Part shown: positions 53,601-64,000 of the stretch, in pieces
Numbering within the stretch: position 1 is the stretch's first letter
Layout: each line of letters begins with the position of its first letter
DNA from: Thalia democratica
Lineage: Eukaryota
Direction of reading: 5' to 3'
Length of the DNA stretch: 64,000 nt
Assembly: GCA_965202585.1 (NCBI GenBank)
Contig: OZ241832.1
Location: forward strand, 2,852,001 to 2,916,000
Position numbers and translations under genes: made by a program
The notes under the pieces: model-generated
Database searches by the model: none
The model's input: only the letters and a program-made list of their open reading frames with translations
What the model was told of the DNA's origin: nothing

Positions 53601-56600
53601 AGGCTTGCAAACACATTTGAACGAACCAATAGAATTCACGCATTCAGTGAACTGCTCTAGTGAACACGCACCGTCGTCAATACATTCATCGATGTCTGAA
53701 AATATTTTGATAAACAATTAAGTTTGATAAAAAACATACTTCTGTAAAAGTTTTCACTTAAAAAATCTTTTAGTAAAAAATAATCAATTATGTCGAAAAA
53801 ACTTGCAAAAGATAATGAAAATATTTTGGTAATGAAAGGTATTTTTAAACAGTTATCATAAAATCATATGTTTAAAATATTTTGTTAAAAAACATTTATA
53901 AAAATATTTTCGCTTTAAAAGTTTGCAAGTTATACTTAGCAAGCTACACCCTTAACAAATAAAGGTCGTAAGTTTCAAATTTTTATTTCAATTTTCGTTG
54001 TAATTAACATTTAAAACTTATCAATTTTCCTCTATTAATATGCTCGACCTTTTTCTAAGACTTTTGACTTTCAAAGAAGTATTTTTTCTAGATATAACGT
54101 GTAATTTCATAAAGCATACCATAAAGTAAGCTTGAATTTAAAAATTAAAAAATTTCACCGTAAAAAGTAAACAATAAGTTCCATAAGAAAAACAAAATTA
54201 TTATATTAGTATACTTACCATTCATTTATCAAGCTCATCTCAAATCAAAAAAGTCATTAAATGTACATAGGAAATTATTTAGTTTATTAAAAATTAAATC
54301 AAGCTCATCTGAACCAACCAACGCATCCGGTTTCGTTTCCGGTAAAACCCCCATTGCAAGAACAATTGTAAGAACCAATCATGTTGCTGCATTGCGAGTT
54401 GGCGTCGCACGGAAGGTATGACGTCACAATGCTTATTACGTCATCACTGATTACGTCACCGTACATTTCTTTCAAATAATTGTTTGATGTTGAAACTACG
54501 TTGTATGATTGGTAGTTCGCCTCCAACTCAATTGTGAAGTTCTGTTTGAAAAACAAAATAAAATTCTAAAAATTCACGATTTTATGATTTAAAGTGCTAG
54601 ACTAGATTTTTATTTTCTATTTATAGAAATGTTTTTAATTAATTTTAAAGTTCTACCTACTTAATTAGCCAACGAAATAAAGCAATATAATTTGATTAAA
54701 TTTGTACTTATTGTAAAATGTTATATCTATTGTTAAACATATACTTCGTGTCTATCTTGAAATACAATTTGAATGCAAAATGTTTAAATTAGAGTGAAAA
54801 TACTGTAAAAATACAAACTTGTATGTAAGTCGAGTTAATAGAGCAATCATCAAAAGAACTATTTTTTCTACAATCCATTATTTCATCTTTCCATGCATCA
54901 AAATTATTTAAAACAAAAGATTCAACACTGTCCAAAACTTCACACTCATTTGTATCTGTATAAATTTTAGTTAATTTAAATAAAAATTTGCAAGATAAGA
55001 AACTTTTAAGTTTGTTTCTGATGTTTGTTGTTAGTAGTATGTATTAGAAACATATTTAACACAGTTTATTAGTAAAAAAAACACTTTTACATGTTTGATG
55101 GCTTTAGAAAAAATTAGAAGATTTACATAAAAATGTATTACAAAGAAAATTAAAGTACATATTAAAGATTAACGCAGTGTGTATTAAGTTAAAAATAATA
55201 TTATTTTAAATTACACAAACAAAGAGAGCTTTAAAAATAAGAAACAAAACCAGCTATTCAAAAGGTCGATCAATATTTTTCTATTACAATATACTTGTTA
55301 GGACAATTTGAACGCAACTAAACTTTTACATTGTAATTGACATTCATTTTAAAGTAAGGTCATTTAAAAAGCTTACAAACATGAAACAGTTACTGTTAAA
55401 AAGTAGAAAACTACACACAAAATTTATTGAATTTATGAATAAAACTGTAATCATTCTATTATTTAATTTATGAAAATTTTCTTCTACCATTAAAGAGAGC
55501 TACTGATTTAGATTTCATTTATTAGTAGCAAAGAGTAACTATAAGTTAGTAAAAATGTTTAAAAAACTAATCAAAAAAAAAAAAGATAGTAAAAAACAGA
55601 TAATTTTTACTGTCGAATGGCCAAGTTACAAACACTTGTGTAAGTTTGAACCAAACCAAGCGTACAATACATTTATAAGGTCACTCATAAAAATAAATAT
55701 ACCCATTTTAAAGTTCAAAAATATAATAAAAATTCTTTTGTGTATACTTACAATAAACATTTAAATGTGGTCTTTAAAACGATAAATTTAGCAAATACAA
55801 CGTATAAACTATAAAAAGTATCGGTTCAATAAACAACTCATATTACCATTTTTAGAAGTTTAGTTTCAAGCTTTAAAGTATGTTATATATATATATATAT
55901 AGGTAATTAGTTCTTGTATATCTTTTTTTTCGATTCATTTAGTTACAAAAATTTAAGTTTTTATGTTTAAAAAGCACTAACAATAAACCATTAATCTCTA
56001 CAACAAATGTTTCTAAATCGGACTATTACAACAAATACACAGAACTTTGTTTGTTTTAAGATAAATAAGCTTACTATTTAAAGAAAATAAAATTATACAA
56101 CAAAGCTAGTATATAATTAAAATACCTATTAACCAATATATACAAACTAGTTACTAAGCAACCTGTGCAAGTATGGTTGTCATCTCCTGAAAAGAATCCT
56201 GTGTAACCCTGTTGACAAACACACTCGTAACTGAAATTTACGTCATTGCACGTCGCTAATACGTCACAAGGACTAGGTTCTCTGTCACATTCAAGAACGT
56301 CTGGAAAAAAAGTTCAAATATAAAACTTGGTAATTGATAGCTTTGTTTTTTTTTTTTGATATTTAACTATAAATGAAGCAATGAAACTGTATTAAACTGG
56401 TAAAGTAGCTCTAAATTTATAATTTGAAAAGTATTTTAATTTGTAATTGAAATTGAAATGGTTATTGAAAGCTTTGTTTTATTTTTTTGATTTAAAATAA
56501 ACTATAAATGAAGCAATGCAAGTATTTTAATTTTTACAGTACAGTTATTTAAGTTATACATTAGCTTAAGTATTAAGCCTTAGAATAAGTCTTATATACT

Positions 56601-58530
56601 GTATAATATGTAAACAGGTTTCCTTAAGAATAAACAAAATATTGTTTTTTAAAAAACATAATTTAAAAAGTGGTAAAATAACAAAACACTTTTTGCAAAA
56701 AAAAAAAAAAACGGCTACACTTGATATATAAAAGCGTATTTTTAATCACTTTATAATTTTTTTATATCTACTTTTTATATTTTATATATTGTAAACGTCG
56801 TTTGCGATTCTAGCATAAAAATTAACTTGAGTGTAATAGTTTAAAAAAACAAGCTATAAGTATTTATAAAAACTTTAACTATTTTTTTTAATTTATGATG
56901 TGTCAAAAATTAGTCTTATCACGTGTAGTTATTACCAGGTTTATAACTTAATGCCAGAAAGGTTTTGTTTATAAACTTAAGTTAAATTTTTTCCTCAATA
57001 CATTTTTTTTATTAATTTTTGCAAATTTGAAATTATGAAACACCTTCTATACAATGCTAATAAAGTTGTAAATTTGATTTTATGCTGTACTAGACCAGTC
57101 AAACCTTCAAAAGTAGCCGATATGTTTATTGCTAAGTTGTAAGACTTTATGCTAAACACATTTTGTTTATAAAACTCAAGTTAAAGTTTTTTCTCAATTT
57201 TATTTTTGTTAAAAATGTTTGAAATTTATTTCTTTTAATTTTTTAACTTTACTTTGTTTTTTTCACATTGCTATTTTAGTTTAAAAGTTTTTATTTATAA
57301 ATAGTAAACCAGTCAAACCTTCAAAAGTAGCTGATATGTTTTGTTCGTTTAACAACTGCTGAAGCTGGTAAATTAGTTCAGGGTCATCAAAAGATATTAT
57401 GACGGCTGCGAAAAAAAATAGAATTTAAAATAAATATTTTTATCAATTTAAATTGAAATAAACAAACTCACATGAATCTGGTCCAAAGCTAATGCTCACA
57501 GCTGTAAAATTAAAAACAAATTAACTCTTTTAATTAGTTTTATAACTAGGTATATGTTTATCTCAGTATTAGACATTTAGCTTCTATATTTCGAAATTGA
57601 GATTTAGTTTTTACATAAAGATTAATTAATAATAGCAAATAATAAAAACTAGGTTGTTAAACTAGTAAAATGATAATATAATAATATAATAAATAATATA
57701 ATAATACCTAATACTCAAAGCTCATATATTTAGATATAGAATTTCGAGGTTCATAAATAGATTAATTGCTAACAATGAATGTTAAAAATTAAGTCCATTC
57801 GTAGAAGCTTGATACGAAAAAAAGAAACGGTCTTAAACTTACTTAAACAAACAAAATCAACTTAAAAAACTATAAAAAAGAATTACTTAAAACATCTCGG
57901 CTTAACATTCTTAATCGTTGTAATCCTACTTAATATGTTAACGCGAAAAGATTTATTTAAGTGTTATAACAAATTCTTACGTGACACTTTAGCCAGACTA
58001 CTTAAACTAGTTTTCCTATATATATATAAAGTAAGAATATACTTTAGGTATGAATATTAAAAACTAAAGTGCTTGAAGTTAATTTAAAAAAATAGTTTGT
58101 GTCTGTAACTCTTGCGTAAATCAAAAAAATTACAGGAAAACCTAACCTAAGTAATTAAATCTAATTTCTACTCAGGTTTTATTTAGTTTTATATCTTCGA
58201 AAGAAATAAATACTTAAAACGAGTTGAAATACAGGTAGTAAAACCTCTTAAAACCTTTTTTTTTGAAAAATTATTCAACTTATACTATATTCTTATAGTT
58301 ACAAAACGTTATCAAACTAAATTTTAACAAGTTATAGGAGTTAGAACTTTAACAAGTTTACCAAAGTTCTAACATAGTTTTATCAAGTAAATAAAATAAT
58401 TTAAAGATCATTTAACAAATAAATCAAACATAAACAAACTTGTATTTGAATTAAACTGCGCATTCGAGCTAGAAACAACAAAAACAGTTAAAAAAACAAC
58501 TGTCAGAAAACCATTTCCGAAAAATTTCAT
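47618..58530 (-). CDS. Secreted protein with four Ca-binding EGF-like domains and a C-terminal Spaetzle-like (prodomain plus cystine-knot-like) module
   Basis: Exons (minus): 58530-58440 (signal peptide MKFFGNGFLTVVFLTVFVVSSSNA), 57501-57472, 57405-57310, 56300-56163 (EGF1), 54955-54819 and 54541-54319 (split EGF2), 53695-53567 (EGF3), 51825-51700 (EGF4), 50621-50498, 50064-50016, 49949-49910, optional 49429-49415, 48172-48007, 47741-47618 (TAA). All GT-AG with consistent phases; 490 aa (495 with the microexon). cbEGF consensus D-[IT]-[DN]-E-C...C.N..GS[FY].C.C..G[FY] is clear. The Spaetzle call is pattern-based. Confidence 0.88.
49650..49930. repeat. 134-bp tandem duplication including an EGF-gene donor junction
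   Basis: Two near-identical copies of AAAATTAGTTTT.AAGTAGTATATAAATTAGAC...TTTTGATATC.AC..ACCTGAAAC. Confidence 0.9.
56335..56530. repeat. Short intronic tandem duplication (about 130 bp)
   Basis: AGCTTTGTTTT...AACTATAAATGAAGCAATG occurs twice. Confidence 0.75.
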
Positions 58531-58534
58531 TTCC

Positions 58535-58720
58535 AAGTAAATTGATACGAATGTCAGCGATGTAAAATTACAACCTTACAAAAACCCGAGCGCATGGTAA
58601 TTTCCACGAGCTAAACATCGGCATTATGACGTCACAAACATGTTTTCTCGTCACTTTCTCTGCGCCCTTTTGTTGGGTGAATTTTTTCTCGCGTGTTTTT
58701 TTAAGAAGTTGGGGCGCAAA
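58535..58720 (-). promoter_or_regulatory. Probable promoter/5' region of the EGF-Spaetzle-like gene, with a CRE-type palindrome
   Basis: CpG-rich patch just upstream of the ATG at 58530; TGACGTCA at 58627-58634. Confidence 0.5.
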
Positions 58721-60700
58721 AATTTATGTTTTTGTCTTTTTTGTTTTGATATTTTTGTTAAATGGGGTTGGGCTTATTGACGAATTGGCTTGGGTGAATG
58801 ACAAGTAAGATTTGCTACTTTTATTTAATATAATTTATAATAAACATGTAGTAATCTCTTAAAACACATTTTTGTATTTCGTGCAAGTTAAATAGTTTTA
58901 TATGTCATATTTTAAAAAAAATATAACTTGTAATAAATATGTTATCATCCTAATATATTTAAAATGTTTAACCTAAATTTGTTGTAGGAGCTGTATTTAA
59001 CTCTTGAATTCTCCTTTAAATTTTCATTACAATACTATACTTTTTATAACTCTTTTGTGTAACAAAAACCTTTATAAATATTTATAACATAAGTAACACT
59101 AAAGTTTCTCAAACTGAACTTTAGATAGCTTTTTAACAAAAATACCTTGCAAGTAAAAGTTTTATTTTAAGTGAAGAACTCAGTTTATTGAAAGTAATCG
59201 AAACATAATTCAAAAAAAATTAAATTTACAATGCAAAAATCAATAAAAAACTCTCTAAATTTAGTTTTATCTTATAAAAAAAAATTGACATATTCATATT
59301 TTTTGCTCATTAAAAGTCGTTTTAGTTTCAAATGTTTTTGCTATATTTGAAATAAACCATACAACTTAATTACAATTCTTTAGAAACTTATTCTGATTTC
59401 TGTTTAAAAATATTAAGATCAGTATTTAGTAACTACATTAAGCTATATAAAAGCTACCTTTACTTTATATTTACGAGAAAAACTAAGTTATTAAAGTTTA
59501 CATTAATAAAGTATTTTATTTTTAAATTAAGTATATTTGAAAAGTTGCACTAAATTGAGTTCTTCATAGTTGAGTTAGATGTTTCTTAAACTTAATACAT
59601 ATCAAAGTTTTACAAATAGCAAAAAAAAATTTTTTAATAAAAGCAGTTTAATTTTTTATTTTGTCTATATAGATAAGAAGACTTTGCACTATCAATCATA
59701 TACGACATATTTTACTTTTTTTTTAATGATATTCAATAGATAAATAGAGTTTAAAAACAGAAGTAAAAACTTTTTCAAGTAAAAATATTGTTTTTGTCAA
59801 AGTTTTTGATTGTATAAATAATAAACTTTTTATTATATATTTTTTCTTGCATAAAAACAACAAAATAAACAAAATGATTGTTGATGAAAAGCAGATACTT
59901 TAAAAAGTTGTTCTGTTTTAATTTTTTTTACTAAACACAAAAAGTTTATTAAAGATTTAGCTTACAAAAGTGTACTATTAATTAATAGTTACAAAATAGA
60001 ATTTGCTAGATTTTTCACTTCTAAAACTTTTTGTTTTATTATCTACACCCACCAAAAAATAGAGTATCTTAGTTGAATAAATTTCACTCCTAAACAACTA
60101 TACTACTTGACTTTTGCAAGAGCTGTTCAAATGAGAAAGTAAGATGAAAACTTATTTTTACCAAATGTATGTACTTTTTTTTTAACAACTGAAATACTAA
60201 TTTTTCAAAGCATTTTGCTATATAAACGAGTGATAGCATACTTACAAAGTATTAAGCTATTTTATTTATTGTATTTACAATAGTATTTATACAAAGAGTA
60301 CAAATGTTACTTTCAAATATCACTTTGACATTTGTTTAAAATTAGATGCTCTTGAAATCAGTATTTGAGTCTATCTTTTTGTGGTTTACAATTTTTTTCA
60401 ATATTTTTTATCATTTTCGGCTGTAGCTTTTCATCAAAAACACTTAGTTTATACAAATAGTTTTTTTCAATTTGTTCAAGTTTCCTAGTAATATAACGGG
60501 CAAAGAACCAAAACAAAAGTTTTGACTTTTAACAAACTCAGCATCAATTTGAAGGAGACTGAAAAACATTCATAGCCCGCAGACATCCTGATTTATTGAA
60601 CTAGACACTTTGTTTTTTATCTTTTTTACTTTTTTGAATGCAATCTACAAGTAAGTAATCAAACAAACATCAGGTTTTTTTTTCAAAAATCTAAAAATTT

Positions 60701-61606
60701 TTATAGTTCATTCTGACTAGCATCGGTTATCTGACTAGTGCCGGTTATCTGGGTAGTATCACTTGTTTGCGTGGCCACCGAAATTCCGCTTGCGGTGCTC
60801 GACAAGCGTTTTTTCACACCTAAATCATCAGACTCTATTTTACCGGCATCAATCACGTTATTCGATTTACCGATCAAAAGTTTAATCTGCTCCAACAGCT
60901 CCTTGTTCCTCTTACAACCGTCATCGTCACTATCGGAAGTATCCGAGGAATCTGAGCTCAGGCACCCCAAGTTCCTGCTGTCCCTCAAAATCGCCTCGCA
61001 CTTCTCCTCCAATTCCCTCTTCTCTCTCTTGCGCCTCCTGGCGTGTGAGTCCGGAAAGCAGCTCAGGTTCTCCCTCAGCCTCGAGTAGCTCGTGCTCGGT
61101 TGGTACATGGGGACGCAGTTGACGTGCGGGGGCAGCTTGGGGTTGAAGGGGCTGCAGTTGTAGAACCACTGCGGCATGTAGCACAGGTTGTCGAAGGGGG
61201 GTAGGGGGCACGCGGGGAGCATTCCGTGATCGTACTTGTCTCTCGTCTTCTCCTCTTTCGTGTGCTCCTCCTCCGTTGTCGTCTTCTTCTTGCTCTTCCT
61301 GCTGAACTTTGACTTCATCCTGGAGAACACCGACGTCTTGCTGGACTTTGCCGATTTGCCCGAGTTCACCGATTCGTTGGACGTCCTGGTTTTGTTTTTT
61401 GTGGATTTTTTTCCGGATTTCACAGATTTACCAGAATTCAGAGACTCATTAGATTTGGTTTTGTTTTTTGTGGAAGTTCCGCCTTTCTGTGATGCATTTT
61501 CGTTTTCTTCTATCGTTTCCAATTTGCTCTTTTTTGTCGAGTCTTTCGTTTTCTTTATCGACTCTTTTGATTTTTTTGTTGACTCTTTGGTTTTGCTCTT
61601 GGTCAT
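60701..61606 (-). CDS. Uncharacterised intronless Lys/Ser/Thr-rich protein (301 aa) with a central Cys/Pro-rich segment
   Basis: 906-nt ATG-to-TAA ORF in DNA where random ORFs rarely exceed about 100 codons; GC-rich coding-like composition; internal repeats TKNKT(K/R)..SNES(L/V)NSGKS.KS. No family recognised. Confidence 0.8.
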   Translation of the reverse strand: MTKSKTKESTKKSKESIKKTKDSTKKSKLETIEENENASQKGGTSTKNKTKSNESLNSGKSVKSGKKSTKNKTRTSNESVNSGKSAKSSKTSVFSRMKSKFSRKSKKKTTTEEEHTKEEKTRDKYDHGMLPACPLPPFDNLCYMPQWFYNCSPFNPKLPPHVNCVPMYQPSTSYSRLRENLSCFPDSHARRRKREKRELEEKCEAILRDSRNLGCLSSDSSDTSDSDDDGCKRNKELLEQIKLLIGKSNNVIDAGKIESDDLGVKKRLSSTASGISVATQTSDTTQITGTSQITDASQNEL

Positions 61607-62439
61607 GGTTTAGTTTAATTAAGCATGTGTGGTGACATTTATAGTTTTTCAAACAAAACAAACGGACAAATTACCACAATTTATTTTTTTCTCTAATTTA
61701 GATAATTTATTATAGTTATGACGTTGCTCCCATTTAAATTTATGTAAAAACAATTATTTTTCAAATTTTTATTTTAGTAAAAGTGATTTTTTTTTAAATT
61801 ACTGCATAACTATTGCTTATGATGGTTAATACTATTAATTTTATTTTTTTTTAACGTTGTTACATTATTATTGCTTTTCAATGGCTGTTTTAATCACTAA
61901 CTTTTAGACAAATGTGTTATTAAGTTAAAGGTTTCATAGCATAAATTAACGCAATGTAAGCATAATATTTTTGTCTAAAATAATCATGCAAAAGTAAATT
62001 TTAAGAATAATGATTAGATTAGTTTTTATTTATTAAGTCTTTAATCATGTGTATACACTTTTTGCGAAAGTGAACAATACTTGATTTTTAACAACTTTGT
62101 ATATTCTTTTTTAGTATTTTAATTATAGTTTTCTAAAGTTTACTTTACAGCATTAAAAAAAGTTCTTAATCTTTGTTTTCACCGTTTTAAGACTTACAGA
62201 GCACAAGAAATAAGCACAATTTTATTTAAAGTATATTGTTTCAATTTAAGTGTTCCTCAGCTATTTTTATGATTCAAAGTAAACTTAGCATGACAAGGAT
62301 ATTTTTTTTAACATCACTTTAATAAAGATGTTAGTTAAGATAAAAGGTGAAACTTGTTGATAAGATTTGTATGTACAATAGTTTAGTGAAACAATTTTTT
62401 GTATAAGCATTGATGAAATAAGTTAAATATAATTTTAAA

Positions 62440-63180
62440 CAGGGGTCGGCACACTACATGAATTTTAAGATAAAAACATACTTTTTTAAAACATTAAAAG
62501 GTTTTTGTTGCAAATACTTACAACTGAGCACTTAAATACTAGTATTTACTAGTGCTTGTCTACTTTATCGCAGTTTTTGTTTATAGTAGTAGTTTTTTAT
62601 TTAGCATTTTAAATAACTTTGGCACGCGTAAGACATTTTCTTATACATTGCGGCCTGCGAGCAAGTTTTATATGGAAATCTTTCACAAAACACAAAAGGC
62701 TACTAAATCTAAACGTTTTGTATACAATTAAGTTGTTGAAATTTGAATTTGAAATACTTACCATTCTATTATTACGTCATATGACAGAAACGGTCAAAAA
62801 TTCATATTGAAGACATTTTGTTATCATTTGTAACTTACATCAGAACTAATGGTTTTAAATCTTTTTCTTTTAACTTTTGATTTAATATCTTCATTTCTTT
62901 CGAAATTTTCAAACTGTTTTTTAATTCCTTTTCAAAAGCACTTTCATTTCCTTTAAAGCACAATAACCTGAATCAAAATCATTGGTTATCTGCACTAAAG
63001 AAGAAACATATTTGTCAGGTGTTTTCCAAAGTAAAGAAAAGTTGTGTAGCTTTAAGTCTCTATCCTAAGTAATAAATGTGTGTTATCTGCTAAGAAAAGA
63101 AAACTTCAGATGTGATAACTTAATATTACTAAAACAATCGAAGTAAGATCTATCAAGTCGAATTGAACTTTCTTAACTAA
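62440..63180 (-). mobile_element. Decayed hAT transposon end with a possible transposase relic
   Basis: Charlie-like terminus CAGGGGTCGGCACAC at 62440; TGGCACGCG and TGCGGCCTGCG subterminal-like words near 62620-62660; stop-interrupted minus frame LLWKTPDKYVSSLVQITNDFDSGYCALKEMKVLLKRN*KQFENFE...KVKRKRFK loosely resembles hAT transposase C-terminal halves. The other end was not found. Confidence 0.4.
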
Positions 63181-64000
63181 TGTCTTATAGCTTTATTGAA
63201 AAAGTTACCAAATCAGTTTACTTTAATAAACATTACAGTTAACAATCGATCTTTGTATGTATCTAACTAGATAATAGTTGTCTCACACTAAAACAGTTGT
63301 TTACAATACTTAATTAGCTAAGGCCAAAACTAAGTTTTTCTTGAGATGGTTTGATTATACACTGTGTTTCATTATTTATCATTTCTATTGTATTTTTCGT
63401 TTGTTTACGCTGTTTTTTTCTCCATGTTTACTATTTTTTCATTGTTCCTTAAAGATAATTATCTTTTATAACATAAAAAACTTGTCAGAAAGCAATATGT
63501 TACTTTGCAAAACAGCTCTTTGTTATGCTTTTCAAGAAATTAAAAAACTTAGAAGCATAAAATTTGTTTTTGAAAACTAACTTACAAGCTTGTTTAGTTT
63601 ATACTTTAAACTCGCATTATTGTTATTTTGCTGAGTAACTCGACTTAAAAGTCAAACAAACATTAACTTTGAACTGGTTGGTAAATTTTGCTACAAAATG
63701 TTTTAAAGTAGTAACTTTCATCACAGTTTTCTTGAGCAACTTAATTTTATTAAGCATTTATTTTTATATGAAAAATACTGTTTATCATCAATTAAAAAGT
63801 CTTTTCATTCTTTTATTGGATTTTTATTGATATCTGAGTTAGAAACTTTGTATTGAACAAGTTTTTTTCTTAATTAATTTAAAGTTTTTCTTTCAAGTTT
63901 TTCAACTTAATATTGGATAACAAATTACACCAATAGGCCTCAGACTTTTAATAATACATACCATAGACCTTTTTTTTATTTGTTATATAGTTAACTTCTT

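Noticed and set aside
60738-61661. Plus-strand ORFs 60738 and 61236, and minus ORFs 60930 and 61449
   Set aside because: Shadows of the 301-aa ORF, caused by its low-complexity codons.
4680-63580. Remaining 60-105-aa F/I/L/K/N-rich ORFs in the track
   Set aside because: Composition and TTG starts are typical of random ORFs in AT-rich introns and intergenic DNA.
1-64000. tRNA, rRNA, snRNA genes, CRISPR arrays, SRF CArG boxes
   Set aside because: None recognised. The tandem arrays lack unique spacers, and the CC(A/T)nGG candidates I checked had 4-5 rather than 6 A/T.

Overview
Very AT-rich, intron-rich metazoan genomic DNA; the species cannot be determined from the sequence. Most of the supplied ORFs are shadows or noise. 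By reading GT-AG junctions and checking phase by hand I reconstructed five protein-coding genes. (1) A myocardin/MRTF-family gene on the minus strand (ATG at 32518, 10 exons in the window, running off the left edge) with three RPEL motifs, the basic KYHQYIPP motif and a Q-rich segment. (2) A two-exon coiled-coil plus RING-finger gene (+, 38136-39208). (3) A six-exon orphan type I membrane protein with a CUB-like ectodomain, S/T stalk and Tyr/Pro-rich tail (+, 41730-46037). (4) A 13-14-exon secreted protein (-, 58530-47618) with four Ca-binding EGF domains, one split by an 85-residue insert, followed by a Spaetzle-like prodomain and cystine-knot-like C-terminus. (5) An intronless Lys/Ser-rich ORF (-, 61606-60701). 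There are also two MITEs, a decayed hAT relic, a foldback hairpin and several tandem arrays. The two most notable observations are the EGF-Spaetzle-like fusion, lying tail-to-tail with an orphan receptor, and recurrent 'junction echoes': degenerate tandem copies of splice sites plus adjacent exonic bases (and of one stop codon) sitting in the flanking intron at about a dozen boundaries.
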